Shown: piece after piece, positions 8,679-19,198 of the stretch
Layout: each line of letters opens with the position of its first letter
How positions within the stretch are numbered: position 1 is the first letter of the stretch
From: an uncultured Clostridia bacterium
GTDB taxonomy: Bacteria > Bacillota > Clostridia > Christensenellales > UBA1242
NCBI GenBank assembly: GCA_944383385.1
Contig: CALWPI010000001.1
Coordinates: forward strand, 10,170 to 74,169
Direction: 5' to 3'
DNA length: 64,000 bases
Position numbers and translations under genes: made by a program
Notes under the pieces: generated by a model
Seen by the model: the letters and a program-made list of their open reading frames with translations, nothing else
Database searches by the model: none
Told to the model about the DNA's origin: nothing

Positions 8679-9302
8679 ATGGCAACAGTAAAAGTATATA
8701 ACCAAAACGGCGAAGCTACTGGTAGCTTGAAACTAAATGACAAAGTATTCGGTGTTGAATACAACGAGCCTTTGATTCACGAAGTTATAGTTGCTCAACT
8801 AGCAAACGCACGTCAAGGAACAAAGAGTGCTCTAACACGTTCAGAAGTTAGAGGACACGCAAAGAAACCTTGGAGACAAAAACATACTGGTCGTGCTCGT
8901 CATGGTTCTACAAAAGGACCACAATGGAGAGGTGGTGGTATCGTATTTGCACCAAAACCAAGAGATTTCTCAAAGAAAGTAAATAAGGAAGCAAAGAGAG
9001 TGGCTTTCCGTTCAGCAATTAGCGCAAAACTAAAAGACAAGAATTTGGTTGTTGTTGACGAACTAACAGTTGAGCCAAAGACCAAAGCTATGGTGAAGGT
9101 TATGGACGCATTGAAGCTAGATAAAACCGCACTATTTGTAACAAATGGTCAAAACGAAAATGTTATTCGTGCAACAGGCAATATTCCTAATGCTGATGTG
9201 GTTACTAGTGATTTACTAAACGTGTATGACGTTGTCGTATGCGACAAACTAGTGCTCACAAAAGACGCTGTCAAATCTATCGAGGAGGCATATAAAGAAT
9301 AA
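8679..9302 (+). CDS. rplD: 50S ribosomal protein L4
   Basis: [33 protein letters not shown] motif. Confidence 0.97.
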   Translation: MATVKVYNQNGEATGSLKLNDKVFGVEYNEPLIHEVIVAQLANARQGTKSALTRSEVRGHAKKPWRQKHTGRARHGSTKGPQWRGGGIVFAPKPRDFSKKVNKEAKRVAFRSAISAKLKDKNLVVVDELTVEPKTKAMVKVMDALKLDKTALFVTNGQNENVIRATGNIPNADVVTSDLLNVYDVVVCDKLVLTKDAVKSIEEAYKE

Positions 9303-9592
9303 TGGAACATTTTGATATTATTATTCGTCCAATCCTTACAGAAAAAACATACAACGATATTGCAAACAAAAGATATGTTTTTGAAGTAAAGTTGGATGCT
9401 AACAAAATAGAAATCAAAAACGCAATCGAAAAGATTTTTGGCGTTAAAGTAAAAAAGGTCAACACTGTTAGAGTAAATGGTAAATTCAAACAACAAGGCA
9501 GAACAAGTGGATATACCTCTGACTACAAAAAGGCAATCGTTACACTAACAAGTGACAGCAAAGCAATCGAATTTTTCGAGAGTTTAGCATAA
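9302..9592 (+). CDS. rplW: 50S ribosomal protein L23
   Basis: [11 protein letters not shown]-terminus; operon order. Confidence 0.95.
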   Translation: MEHFDIIIRPILTEKTYNDIANKRYVFEVKLDANKIEIKNAIEKIFGVKVKKVNTVRVNGKFKQQGRTSGYTSDYKKAIVTLTSDSKAIEFFESLA

Positions 9593-9612
9593 AGATAAGG
9601 AGATAAGATATA

Positions 9613-10443
9613 ATGGCTATTAAAACATATAATCCAACATCACCTTCTCGTCGTTTCTATACAACAATTCAAACTGGTGAGATTACAAAAAAATCTCCAG
9701 AAAAGTCACTTTTGGTAGAAAAGAAAAAGAGTGCTGGTAGAAACAATCAAGGTAAAATTACCGTTAGACACATTGGTGGTGGAAATAGAGTAAAGTATAG
9801 GGTTATTGATTTCAAGAGAAACAAAGACAATATCCCTGCAAAAGTAGTTGGTATTGAGTATGACCCAAATCGTACAGCAAATATCGCACTATTAAATTAT
9901 GCCGATGGAGAAAAAAGATATATTCTTGCACCTATGGGACTCAATGTAGGTGACACTGTTATGAGTGGTAAAGAAAATGTTGAGATAAAAGCAGGTAACT
10001 GCTTGCCTCTCAGCGAAATGCCTGTCGGTATCGTTATCCACAATATTGAATTAAATCCTGGCAAGGGTGGACAATTGGTCCGTTCTGCTGGTATGGAAGC
10101 TCGTTTGATGGCAAAAGAAGGCAAATATGCTACTATCAAAATGCCTAGTGGCGAGATGAGAATGGTACTTGGCACATGCCGTGCTACCGTTGGACAAGTA
10201 GGAAACCTAGAACACGAACTTATGACACTTGGTAAAGCTGGTCGTAAACGTCATATGGGAGTTCGCCCAACAACTCGTGGTGCTGTTATGAACCCTGTTG
10301 ATCACCCACATGGTGGTGGTGAAGGTAAGAACCCTGTCGGTCGTAAGTCACCAATGACACCTTGGGGTAAACCTGCTCTTGGTCTAAAAACTAGAAATAG
10401 TAAAAAGCATAGTAACAGATTGATTGTTACTCGTGCAAAGTAG
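9613..10443 (+). CDS. rplB: 50S ribosomal protein L2
   Basis: [14 protein letters not shown] ... [15 protein letters not shown]. Confidence 0.98.
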   Translation: MAIKTYNPTSPSRRFYTTIQTGEITKKSPEKSLLVEKKKSAGRNNQGKITVRHIGGGNRVKYRVIDFKRNKDNIPAKVVGIEYDPNRTANIALLNYADGEKRYILAPMGLNVGDTVMSGKENVEIKAGNCLPLSEMPVGIVIHNIELNPGKGGQLVRSAGMEARLMAKEGKYATIKMPSGEMRMVLGTCRATVGQVGNLEHELMTLGKAGRKRHMGVRPTTRGAVMNPVDHPHGGGEGKNPVGRKSPMTPWGKPALGLKTRNSKKHSNRLIVTRAK

Positions 10444-10453
10444 GAGTTGAACT

Positions 10454-10735
10454 ATGAGTAGATCATTGAAGAAAAAGCCTTTTGTTGAAGAAAGACTATT
10501 TAATAGAATAAAAGAAATGAATGCTAGTGGTAAAAAACAAGTTGTAAAAACTTGGTCCAGAGCATCAACAATTTATCCAGAATTTGTTGGTCACACCATT
10601 GCTGTACATAACGGAATCAAACACATTCCAGTATATTGCACAACAGAAATGATTGGTCACAAATTAGGCGAATTTGCTCCAACCAGAACATTCAAAGGAC
10701 ACGCAGGAGACAAAGTTGCAAAAGCAACAAAATAA
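10454..10735 (+). CDS. rpsS: 30S ribosomal protein S19
   Basis: [11 protein letters not shown] ... [11 protein letters not shown]. Confidence 0.97.
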   Translation: MSRSLKKKPFVEERLFNRIKEMNASGKKQVVKTWSRASTIYPEFVGHTIAVHNGIKHIPVYCTTEMIGHKLGEFAPTRTFKGHAGDKVAKATK

Positions 10736-10748
10736 TTAGGAGGGGAAT

Positions 10749-11135
10749 ATGGCTAAAAGAGTAAGAGAAAAAACTGCAAATAGACAAGCAAACAAAGACA
10801 CCCGTCCTAAAGCAACTGCAATGTATGTTAGAATGGGTTCTAGCAAAGCAAAGAGAATTCTTGACACAATTCGTGGAAAGAAATATTTAGAAGCTGTCGC
10901 TATTGTTGAAAATAGCACAAGTAGCAATGCTGATGCAGTACTAAAAGTACTAAATAGTGCAGCAGCAAACGCAGAACACAATCTTGGTATGAACAAAGAC
11001 AATTTGTTTGTAGCAGAATGTTATGCAAATCAAGGTCCATCTTTCAAAAGAGCAATCTTTAGAGCAAAAGGTGGAGTTGACACAATTATTAAAAGGACTT
11101 GTCACATCACAATTATTCTTGATGTGGTCAAATAA
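10749..11135 (+). CDS. rplV: 50S ribosomal protein L22 (short basic N-terminal extension)
   Basis: SSKAKRILDTIRGK ... core uL22 sequence; operon order. Confidence 0.95.
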   Translation: MAKRVREKTANRQANKDTRPKATAMYVRMGSSKAKRILDTIRGKKYLEAVAIVENSTSSNADAVLKVLNSAAANAEHNLGMNKDNLFVAECYANQGPSFKRAIFRAKGGVDTIIKRTCHITIILDVVK

Positions 11136-11153
11136 AGTAAAGGAGAGTATCTA

Positions 11154-11837
11154 ATGGGACAAAAAGTTAGTCCACACGGACTTAGAGTTGGTGTGAATAA
11201 GGAATGGAGTTCTTCTTGGATTGCTAACAAGAAAGATACTTCCAAGTTTCTTATTGAAGACCACAAAATAAGAGAATCATTGAGAAAGAAATACGCATCA
11301 TGTGGCATTTCTAAAATCACTATCGAAAGAACAGACAATCGTTTGATAGTAGATATCTTCACAAGCCGTCCAGGTGTCCTAATTGGACAAAAGGGTGCTG
11401 GCATTGAAGACATCAAAAAGGTAATTGCAAAAAATACCGAACAAAAGAATGTAAGCGTCAACATCAAAGAGGTCAAAAAACCTGATTTAGATGCTGAATT
11501 GGTTGCTCAAAGTGTTGCTAGCCAACTCGAAAAGAGAATGAGTTTTAGAAGAGCAATGAAACAAGCAATGCAAAGAGTGATGAAGTCGGGTGCAAAAGGT
11601 TGCAAAATCATGGTTAGTGGTAGATTAGACGGAGCAGAAATTGCTCGTAGTGAACACTATCTTGAAGGTTGCCTACCTTTAACTACACTTAGAAGCGATA
11701 TTGACTATGCAGCAGTTAATGCTCACACCACATTTGGTGTTATTGGAGTCAAGGTATGGATTTGCAAAGGTGAAATACTAGGCAAAAAAGCAAATGCTAA
11801 CGTTCCTAGTCAATCTGAGCAAGGAGGTAACAACTAA
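11154..11837 (+). CDS. rpsC: 30S ribosomal protein S3
   Basis: [13 protein letters not shown], followed by a KH domain. Confidence 0.97.
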   Translation: MGQKVSPHGLRVGVNKEWSSSWIANKKDTSKFLIEDHKIRESLRKKYASCGISKITIERTDNRLIVDIFTSRPGVLIGQKGAGIEDIKKVIAKNTEQKNVSVNIKEVKKPDLDAELVAQSVASQLEKRMSFRRAMKQAMQRVMKSGAKGCKIMVSGRLDGAEIARSEHYLEGCLPLTTLRSDIDYAAVNAHTTFGVIGVKVWICKGEILGKKANANVPSQSEQGGNN

Positions 11838-11839
11838 TT

Positions 11840-12280
11840 ATGTTAATGCCTAAAAGAGTTAAAAGGAGAAAGCAATTCCGTGGTCGTATGACAGGACGTG
11901 CAACTCGTGGTAACAAAATTGCTTATGGCGATTTTGCATTAGTTGCAACTGAACCATGTTGGATGACTGGTAACCAAATCGAAGCTGCCAGAGTTGCAAT
12001 ATCTCGTTATACAAAAAGAGGGGGCAAGATGTGGATAAACGTCTTCCCAGACAAACCAGTTTCTAAAAAGCCTATCGGAACTCGTATGGGTAAAGGTAAA
12101 GGCGCACCAGAATACTGGGTAGCAGTGGTAAAGCCAGATAGAGTACTATTTGAAATTGCAGGAGTAACAGAAAGTGCTGCTCGTGAAGCACTAAGACTCG
12201 CAAGTCACAAGTTGCCATGCAAGACAAAGATAGTTGCAAAGGCCGACCTTGCAAATAATGCAGAAGGTGGTAACGAATAA
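11840..12280 (+). CDS. rplP: 50S ribosomal protein L16
   Basis: [17 protein letters not shown]. The start may be ATG 11840 or ATG 11846. Confidence 0.96.
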   Translation: MLMPKRVKRRKQFRGRMTGRATRGNKIAYGDFALVATEPCWMTGNQIEAARVAISRYTKRGGKMWINVFPDKPVSKKPIGTRMGKGKGAPEYWVAVVKPDRVLFEIAGVTESAAREALRLASHKLPCKTKIVAKADLANNAEGGNE

Positions 12281-12486
12281 TGAAAATAAAAGAATTAAGA
12301 GATATGACTAACGAAGAGTTGTCATCAAAGTTAAAAGCATTGAAACAAGAACTTTTGAATCTTCGTTTTTCAAATGCTACTGGTCAATTAGCTAACCCAA
12401 TGCAAATAAACGTTTGCAAAAAAGATATCGCTAGGGTAAAAACTATTCTTACCGAGCGTGAAATGAAGAACAAAGGAAGGGCATAA
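12280..12486 (+). CDS. rpmC: 50S ribosomal protein L29
   Basis: [30 protein letters not shown]. Confidence 0.95.
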   Translation: MKIKELRDMTNEELSSKLKALKQELLNLRFSNATGQLANPMQINVCKKDIARVKTILTEREMKNKGRA

Positions 12487-12488
12487 TT

Positions 12489-12752
12489 ATGGAAAAAATC
12501 GAAAGAAATGACCGTCGTACTATGATAGGTACAGTTGTGTCCGACAAAATGGACAAAACAATTGTTGTTGCAAAGGTATCTAACAAAAGACACCCTGTCT
12601 ATGGCAAAGTTTATAAGTCCACAAAAAAATACAAAGCCCATGACGAAAATAACGAATGCCATGTCGGTGATACTGTTGAACTAATGGAAACTAGACATCT
12701 AAGCAAAGACAAATATTACAGAGTAGTTCGTATTATCGAAAGAGCAAAATAA
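12489..12752 (+). CDS. rpsQ: 30S ribosomal protein S17
   Basis: [19 protein letters not shown] ... KYKAHDENN. Confidence 0.95.
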   Translation: MEKIERNDRRTMIGTVVSDKMDKTIVVAKVSNKRHPVYGKVYKSTKKYKAHDENNECHVGDTVELMETRHLSKDKYYRVVRIIERAK

Positions 12753-12763
12753 GGAGTAAAAAT

Positions 12764-13132
12764 ATGATACAACCACAAACAATTCTAAAAGTTGCTGATA
12801 ACAGTGGTGCAAAGACCATTATGTGTATTAGAGTACTTGGTGGTTCATTTAGAAGAAGCGGTAATATTGGTGATGTTATTGTTGCATCAGTCAAGACTGC
12901 TACTCCTGGTGGCACTGTTAAAAAAGGCGATGTAGTCAAAGCAGTTATTGTTCGTAGTGTTAGAGGAGTGTCCCGTCCAGACGGTTCAACACTTCGTTTT
13001 GACGAAAATGCTGCAGTTATTATTGATAATCAAAAACAACCAAAAGGTACAAGAATATTTGGACCTGTTGCAAGAGAACTTCGTGACAAAGGATTTATGA
13101 AGATTATTTCTCTTGCCCCAGAAGTATTATAA
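12764..13132 (+). CDS. rplN: 50S ribosomal protein L14
   Basis: [17 protein letters not shown]. Confidence 0.98.
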   Translation: MIQPQTILKVADNSGAKTIMCIRVLGGSFRRSGNIGDVIVASVKTATPGGTVKKGDVVKAVIVRSVRGVSRPDGSTLRFDENAAVIIDNQKQPKGTRIFGPVARELRDKGFMKIISLAPEVL

Positions 13133-13145
13133 GGAGGAATAGACA

Positions 13146-13661
13146 ATGAAATTACATGTTAGAAAAGGCGATACAGTTGTTGTTATTGCTGGTAAAGACA
13201 AAGGCAAAACAGGTAAAGTTCTTACTGCTATTCCAAGTGATAATGCTGTTGTGGTCGAGGGAGTTAATATCATTTCTCGTCACAAGAAACCTAGAAATGC
13301 ACAAGACAAAGGTGGCATTATGAAAGCAGAGGGCAAGATTAGTGCAAGCAATGTACAAATCATCTGTCCAGTCTGTGGAAAAGCAACAAGAGTTGCAAAT
13401 ACCATTATTGACAGCAAGAAAACTCGTACTTGTAAAAAATGTGGTGCAAGTTTGGACGTAGCAACTAAAAAGGCTACAAAGAAAACTGCTACAAAAACCG
13501 TAAAAACAGAAAAAGCAGAAAAGACAGAAAAACCTGCAAAAACAACAGCAAAGACAACTACAAAGAAGACTGCTGTCAAAGATACAACAAAAACAAAAAA
13601 AGCAGCTACAAAAACAACAAGTGTAGCAAAATCAACTAGGAGGGTAGCAAGCAATGGCTAA
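13146..13661 (+). CDS. rplX: 50S ribosomal protein L24 (Cys4 zinc-ribbon form) with an approximately 67-aa K/T/A-rich C-terminal extension
   Basis: KOW motif [18 protein letters not shown] and ribbon CPVCG...CKKCG, then [36 protein letters not shown]. The ORF overlaps the rplE start by 8 nt. Confidence 0.9.
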   Translation: MKLHVRKGDTVVVIAGKDKGKTGKVLTAIPSDNAVVVEGVNIISRHKKPRNAQDKGGIMKAEGKISASNVQIICPVCGKATRVANTIIDSKKTRTCKKCGASLDVATKKATKKTATKTVKTEKAEKTEKPAKTTAKTTTKKTAVKDTTKTKKAATKTTSVAKSTRRVASNG

Positions 13662-14205
13662 GAAAGATAATAGACTATATATCCATTATGTCAATGATGT
13701 TGTCCCTGCTATGATGAAACAATATGGATACAAAAACAAAATGCAAGTCCCACAAATTGAAAAAATTGTTGTCAATCGTGGACTTGGCGACTGCAAAGGA
13801 AATTCACAATCATTCAACAAGGCTGTGGACGAATTAGCAGCAATCACTGGTCAAAAACCATTAGTTACAACTGCAAAAAAATCTATCGCTAACTTCAAAC
13901 TAAGAGATGGCGAAAAAATCGGCGCAAAAGTAACTTTACGTGGTGAGACAATGTACGAATTTTTGGACAAACTCATCAATATAGCTTTGCCACGTACACG
14001 TGACTTCCAAGGTATTAGTCCAAAGTCATTTGACGGCAGAGGAAACTATGCTTTGGGACTAAAAGAGCAATTGATGTTCCCAGAAATTTCTTATGAAAAA
14101 ATTGAAAAAATTCGTGGTATGGATGTCATTATCGTTACCACTGCAAAAACTGATGAGGAAGCTAGAACTATGCTTGATTTGCTAGGTCTACCTTTCAAGA
14201 AGTAA
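13654..14205 (+). CDS. rplE: 50S ribosomal protein L5
   Basis: Canonical uL5 sequence ... [14 protein letters not shown] ... [16 protein letters not shown]. Confidence 0.96.
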   Translation: MAKKDNRLYIHYVNDVVPAMMKQYGYKNKMQVPQIEKIVVNRGLGDCKGNSQSFNKAVDELAAITGQKPLVTTAKKSIANFKLRDGEKIGAKVTLRGETMYEFLDKLINIALPRTRDFQGISPKSFDGRGNYALGLKEQLMFPEISYEKIEKIRGMDVIIVTTAKTDEEARTMLDLLGLPFKK

Positions 14206-14215
14206 GGGGGCATGT

Positions 14216-14401
14216 ATGGCACGTACAGCGTTAAAAGTTAAACAACAAAGAAAACAAAAATTTTCTACCAGAGAATACACACGTTGCAAGATTTGTGGAC
14301 GTCCACATAGCGTTCTCAAAAAATATGGCATTTGCCGTATATGTTTTAGAGAACTAGCATACAAAGGTGAAATCCCTGGTGTTAGAAAGTCAAGTTGGTA
14401 A
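14216..14401 (+). CDS. rpsN: 30S ribosomal protein S14, zinc-binding type Z (61 aa)
   Basis: [38 protein letters not shown]. Confidence 0.96.
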   Translation: MARTALKVKQQRKQKFSTREYTRCKICGRPHSVLKKYGICRICFRELAYKGEIPGVRKSSW

Positions 14402-14415
14402 GAGGAGGTATTATA

Positions 14416-14814
14416 ATGTTTGTTACAGATCCAATAGCAGATATGCTTACAAGGATGCGAAATGCTCTAACAGCAAAGCACGAAAATGTTACCATACCTG
14501 CTTCTAAAATGAAAATCGCTATTGCTGAACTACTTAAAAATGAAGGCTATATTGCTGAATATACAGTAGAAGGCGAAAGCACAAAACAAAATATTGTTGT
14601 CACATTCAAATTTGGTGAGAACAATGAAAAAGTCATTAATGGACTAAAAAGAATCAGCAAACCAGGACTAAGAATTTATGCTGGTTATGAAGATTTACCA
14701 AAAGTATTAAATGGATTAGGTATTGCTATTATTTCAACAAGCAAGGGCCTAATGACAGATAAGCAAGCTCGCGAAAATAAAATCGGTGGCGAAGTCCTTG
14801 CTTATGTGTGGTAG
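14416..14814 (+). CDS. rpsH: 30S ribosomal protein S8
   Basis: A GAGGAGG SD precedes ATG 14416 (the track ORF starts earlier, at 14395). The product begins [17 protein letters not shown]. Confidence 0.95.
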   Translation: MFVTDPIADMLTRMRNALTAKHENVTIPASKMKIAIAELLKNEGYIAEYTVEGESTKQNIVVTFKFGENNEKVINGLKRISKPGLRIYAGYEDLPKVLNGLGIAIISTSKGLMTDKQARENKIGGEVLAYVW

Positions 14815-14824
14815 GAGGTGTCAT

Positions 14825-15355
14825 ATGTCAAGAATTGGAAGACAACCTATCGCTATACCAAATGGTGTAAATGTGAGTTGTGTTGACCAAGTAGTTACAG
14901 TTACTGGACCACTTGGAACACTAACAAGAAAGATTGATAATCACATTAAATGTGAAGTAAAAGATGGTCATGTTTATTTGACTCGTGATAACGATAATTA
15001 TAAAGCATACCACGGACTATATCGTCAATTGGTCAACAATATGATTATTGGTGTTACAAAGGGATATACAAAGAAATTGAACATAAACGGTATCGGTTAC
15101 AAACTTGTTCAACAAGGTAACGATATTTCAATGTCAGTTGGTTTCTCACATCCAGTTGTAGTCAAAGCAGTCGATGGAATCAAATTGACTTGCGACAAAA
15201 CCGAAATTGTTGTATCAGGAATCGATAAAGAACTTGTTGGCAAGTTCGCATCAAATATCAGAGATATCAGACCTGTCGAACCTTATCATGGATATGGCAT
15301 TAGTTATGCTGATGAAGTCGTCTATAGAAAAGAAGTCAAGTCAGGTAAGAAATAA
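14825..15355 (+). CDS. rplF: 50S ribosomal protein L6
   Basis: An AGGAGG SD precedes ATG 14825. The product begins MSRIGRQPIAIPNGV. Confidence 0.95.
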   Translation: MSRIGRQPIAIPNGVNVSCVDQVVTVTGPLGTLTRKIDNHIKCEVKDGHVYLTRDNDNYKAYHGLYRQLVNNMIIGVTKGYTKKLNINGIGYKLVQQGNDISMSVGFSHPVVVKAVDGIKLTCDKTEIVVSGIDKELVGKFASNIRDIRPVEPYHGYGISYADEVVYRKEVKSGKK

Positions 15356-15367
15356 GGGGTATAAATT

Positions 15368-15736
15368 ATGATTAAGAAGGAAAATAAGAATTTGTCTAGA
15401 AAAGGCCGTTCTATTAGAGTTAGAAGAAAGGTCTCTGGAACAGCTGACAGACCTAGACTCAATGTATATCGTAGTCTAAACAACATTTATGCTCAACTTA
15501 TTGATGATGTAAATGGTGTTACCCTTGCAAGCGCTTCTACACTTGATAAAGATGTAGTCGCTAATATTGAAGGAAAAAATAAAAAAGAGGCTGCTTTTGT
15601 GGTTGGTGAAACAATTGCAAAACTTGCAAAGAAAAAGGGTATCAAATCTGTTGTTTTTGACAGAGCAGGATATCTATACACAGGAAGAGTACAATCTTTA
15701 GCTGACGGTGCAAGAAAAGCAGGCTTGGAATTTTAA
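15368..15736 (+). CDS. rplR: 50S ribosomal protein L18
   Basis: [20 protein letters not shown] ... [20 protein letters not shown]. Confidence 0.96.
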   Translation: MIKKENKNLSRKGRSIRVRRKVSGTADRPRLNVYRSLNNIYAQLIDDVNGVTLASASTLDKDVVANIEGKNKKEAAFVVGETIAKLAKKKGIKSVVFDRAGYLYTGRVQSLADGARKAGLEF

Positions 15737-15746
15737 GGGGTGAAAG

Positions 15747-16307
15747 ATGCAAAATACTGAAAATAGAAAACCTGAGAATAAAAAAGCAGAAAATAGAAAA
15801 CCAAGATTCGAAAAAAGACCAGCAAAAGTTGATGATGGTCTTGATAAGAAACTTGTAGAAGTCAACCGTGTTACAAAGGTTGTTAAAGGTGGTCGTACAA
15901 TGAGATTTGCTGCTCTTGTCGTTGTTGGTGATAGACATGGCAAGATTGGTATGGGAACAGGTAAGGCTGCAGAAGTACCAAGCGCAATCGAAAAGGCTAC
16001 ACAAGCTGCAAAGAAAAATATGATTACTGTCGCTCTTGATGGACAAACAATTCCACACGACATTATTGGTCGTTACGGCAAAAGTAGTGTCAAACTACTT
16101 CCATCAACAGAAGGTTCAGGAGTCATTGCAGGAGGTTCTGTCCGTCCTGTTGTTGAACTTTGCGGAATCAAAGATATAACAGCAAAAGTGTATGGTTCTA
16201 GAAGCAAAATCAATTGCGTAAGAGCAACTTTTGATGGATTATCAAAACTACAAACTGCTGAAACAATCGCAAAATTGCGTGGAAAAACAGTAGAGGAAAT
16301 TAGATAA
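15747..16307 (+). CDS. rpsE: 30S ribosomal protein S5 (about 15-aa repeat-containing N-terminal extension)
   Basis: [23 protein letters not shown] core sequence. The N-terminus is [15 protein letters not shown]. Confidence 0.95.
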   Translation: MQNTENRKPENKKAENRKPRFEKRPAKVDDGLDKKLVEVNRVTKVVKGGRTMRFAALVVVGDRHGKIGMGTGKAAEVPSAIEKATQAAKKNMITVALDGQTIPHDIIGRYGKSSVKLLPSTEGSGVIAGGSVRPVVELCGIKDITAKVYGSRSKINCVRATFDGLSKLQTAETIAKLRGKTVEEIR

Positions 16308-16317
16308 GGGGTGCATT

Positions 16318-16752
16318 ATGGCAGAAACAAAGAAAACAACAAAAACAACTGCAACTTCTAAAAATACTAGCACCAAAGCAACTGCAACAAAGACAACAAA
16401 GTCAACAGCTGCAAAATCAACAACTGCTAAAAAGACAACAGCAAAGGCAGTTGCACCAAAAGCAGTAGAAAATACTGCTACTAAAACTGTTGCAAAAGCA
16501 ACAACTACCAAAAAAGCAACAACAGTTGCTCCAAAGGAAAGCGTTGCTCCTGCAAAAGCAAAGGCTGAACCTAAGAAGACAATTCGTGTTACTCTAATCA
16601 AGAGTACTATTGGTTTCAACAAGAATCAAGCCAAAGTTGTAAGGTCACTAGGACTAAATAAATTACATTCTACTAACGTAATTGCTGACAATGCATGTAC
16701 TCGTGGTATGATTGCAAAAATCAGTCATTTGCTAAAAGTAGAAGAGATGTAG
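16318..16752 (+). CDS. rpmD: 50S ribosomal protein L30 fused to an approximately 86-aa K/T/A-rich N-terminal extension
   Basis: Only the last ~58 aa (KTIRVTLIKSTIGFNKNQAKVVRSLGL...) are canonical uL30. An AAGGGGTG SD precedes ATG 16318, and there is no ATG/GTG/TTG near the canonical N-terminus. Confidence 0.88.
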   Translation: MAETKKTTKTTATSKNTSTKATATKTTKSTAAKSTTAKKTTAKAVAPKAVENTATKTVAKATTTKKATTVAPKESVAPAKAKAEPKKTIRVTLIKSTIGFNKNQAKVVRSLGLNKLHSTNVIADNACTRGMIAKISHLLKVEEM

Positions 16753-16761
16753 GAGAATAAT

Positions 16762-17208
16762 ATGAAATTACATGAATTAACTCCAGCAAAGAACAGCAAG
16801 CGTCCTGCTAAAAGACTTGGCAGAGGCATTGGCTCTGGTCTTGGCAAAACAAGTGGTAAAGGTATGAAAGGTCAAAACGCTCGTAGTGGTGGTGGCGTTC
16901 GTATCGGTTTTGAGGGAGGACAAATGCCTCTTGACCGTAGACTACCAAAAAGAGGTTTTAACAATTACAATTTTAGAAAAGAATATAACGTAGTAAATGT
17001 AGGTGATCTTAGCATATTCAACAATAACACTGTTGTTACAGTTGAACTACTAAAAGAGAAAAATATGATAAGCAAGATTGCTCCATATGGACTAAAAGTG
17101 CTAGGAAACGGCACATTAGATAAAACTCTAACAGTAAAGGCTGCTAAGTTCTCTGACTCTGCTATCAAGAAGATAAATGAGGCTGGTGGCAAAGTAGAGG
17201 TGCTATAA
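16762..17208 (+). CDS. rplO: 50S ribosomal protein L15
   Basis: [34 protein letters not shown]. Confidence 0.96.
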   Translation: MKLHELTPAKNSKRPAKRLGRGIGSGLGKTSGKGMKGQNARSGGGVRIGFEGGQMPLDRRLPKRGFNNYNFRKEYNVVNVGDLSIFNNNTVVTVELLKEKNMISKIAPYGLKVLGNGTLDKTLTVKAAKFSDSAIKKINEAGGKVEVL

Positions 17209-18506
17209 TGTTTAAGACACTTATAGAGGCTTTCAAGATAAAAGATTTAAGGAAAAAGATTTTTCTTACCCTTGGTCTTTTGCTTGTTTATAGATTAGGA
17301 TGTTGGATACCTTGTCCAGGACTAAATATCGAATCATTTAGTCAAATATCAAGTGATGGATTTATGGGACTGCTCAGTTCTATATCAGGTGGAGCACTTG
17401 CAAACGGCTCTATCCTTGCACTTGGTATATCTCCATATATTAGTGCGACAATTATTGTTCAATTGCTCACTATTGCAATTCCAAGTTGGGAAAGACTAGC
17501 GCGTGATGGTGGAGATGAAGGAAGAAAAAGAATAGCATTATACAACAAAATATGTGCACTCATTCTTTCAATCATTCAAGCTGTTGCAATTGTGCTGTCA
17601 TTCCAAAATGTGCTTAACACACATATGTTTGGATTTAGTGCACCAGAATGGGTAGTTGGTATGTTTGTCGTCATTATCCTTGTTGCAGGTTCAATGTTCA
17701 CATATTGGATTGGTGACAAGATAACACAAATTGGTGTTAGCCAAGGTGTGTCACTACTAATATTTGTTGGTATCCTATCAACAGCAAGCAATTCCATTTT
17801 GGAAACAATCGTTGATATATTCAATGGTAATATTGATGGGGTGTGGACATTACTCATATTCCTTGCTGCACTTCTTGTCGTGTTTGCATTTATTGTTTGG
17901 ATTGACCTTGCAGAACGCAAAGTTCCAGTACAATATGCAAAACAAATCAAAGGCAGAAAGATGTATGGTGGTCAAAACACACATATTCCTATCAAAATCA
18001 ATGCAACAGGTGTTATGCCAATCATATTTGCAACAACTATTTTGAGTTTCCCACAACTTATTATGAGTATGTTCTGGCCAAATAGTGGTGCATATGAATG
18101 GTACTCACAATATATGGGTGCTGGTAGTTGGGCATATCTATGTGTTGCAGCACTTCTAATTTTGTTCTTCTCATATTTCTGGGCACAAGTGCAATTCAAC
18201 CCAGATGATGTTTCAAGAAATATTCAACAAAATGGTGGATTCATTCCAGGTATTCGTCCAGGAAAACCTACAAGTGATTATCTCAAAAAGATATCCAATC
18301 GTATGACACTATTTGGAGCAATATTCTTGACATTTGTGTTCATCGTACCAAGTTTGGTATTCAAGGGCGTGGGTAGCAGTGATAGTTTGGTCAATGCATT
18401 CAGCACTACTGGACTATTGATTGTTGTCAGTGTAGCAATAGAAATTGATAAACAACTAAATGCTCAAATGATGATGAGAAGTTACAAAGGTTTCTTAAAT
18501 AAATAG
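17208..18506 (+). CDS. secY: Preprotein translocase subunit SecY
   Basis: Ten-TM protein starting ...IKDLRKKIFLTLGLLLVYRLG; canonical position after rplO. Confidence 0.96.
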   Translation: MFKTLIEAFKIKDLRKKIFLTLGLLLVYRLGCWIPCPGLNIESFSQISSDGFMGLLSSISGGALANGSILALGISPYISATIIVQLLTIAIPSWERLARDGGDEGRKRIALYNKICALILSIIQAVAIVLSFQNVLNTHMFGFSAPEWVVGMFVVIILVAGSMFTYWIGDKITQIGVSQGVSLLIFVGILSTASNSILETIVDIFNGNIDGVWTLLIFLAALLVVFAFIVWIDLAERKVPVQYAKQIKGRKMYGGQNTHIPIKINATGVMPIIFATTILSFPQLIMSMFWPNSGAYEWYSQYMGAGSWAYLCVAALLILFFSYFWAQVQFNPDDVSRNIQQNGGFIPGIRPGKPTSDYLKKISNRMTLFGAIFLTFVFIVPSLVFKGVGSSDSLVNAFSTTGLLIVVSVAIEIDKQLNAQMMMRSYKGFLNK

Positions 18507-18577
18507 TATCGTATAATTGCAAAATATCGCTAAATATTGTATAATATTAGGTGATATTAGGTGAAAATCGAGGTTAA

Positions 18578-19198
18578 ATGAAAATTGTATTGTTAGGTGC
18601 ACCAGGGTGCGGTAAAGGTACACAATCTGCTATTATTAGCAAAGATTATGGTATTCCACAAATATCGACGGGAGATTTGTTCCGTAACGCTATGAGTAAT
18701 AAAACTGCTCTTGGTGTGCTTGCAAAACAATATATTGACAAAGGTCAATTAGTTCCAGATGACGTTACAATCAATCTTGTAAAAGATAGGCTAAATAATA
18801 GTGATTGTAAAAATGGATTTATTTTAGACGGGTTTCCTCGAACAATCAACCAGGCGCGAGAACTTGATAAGATTGCAAATATAGACAAAGTAATTTATTT
18901 TGATATAGATTACAAAATATTAGAAAAACGAATCGAATCTAGATTAGTGTGTAAGGATTGTAAGTTTACAACAACTAATAATCACTCTGTGTGTCCAAGA
19001 TGTGGGGGCGAACTCACAAAAAGGGCAGATGATAATGTTGATGTGCTTCGAGCAAGACTTGTTGCATATGACAAAGAGACATTACCACTAAAAGATTATT
19101 ATAAAAAACAAAACAAATTATTTGTTGTCAATGCGTCAAATAGTGTACAAGAAGTAAATTCTGCTATTTGTAACATTATAGGTGATATTGATGATTAA
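18578..19198 (+). CDS. adk: Adenylate kinase (zinc-lid type)
   Basis: P-loop GAPGCGKGTQ; lid CKDC...CPRCG. Confidence 0.96.
   Translation: MKIVLLGAPGCGKGTQSAIISKDYGIPQISTGDLFRNAMSNKTALGVLAKQYIDKGQLVPDDVTINLVKDRLNNSDCKNGFILDGFPRTINQARELDKIANIDKVIYFDIDYKILEKRIESRLVCKDCKFTTTNNHSVCPRCGGELTKRADDNVDVLRARLVAYDKETLPLKDYYKKQNKLFVVNASNSVQEVNSAICNIIGDIDD

Noticed and set aside
13280-13654. 124-aa - strand ORF opposite the uL24 tail, together with the similar 124-aa ORF at 16248-16622 opposite the uL30 extension
   Set aside because: These are V/F/A-rich mirror images of the K/T/A-rich sense frames. They are antisense artefacts of codon composition inside a ribosomal operon.
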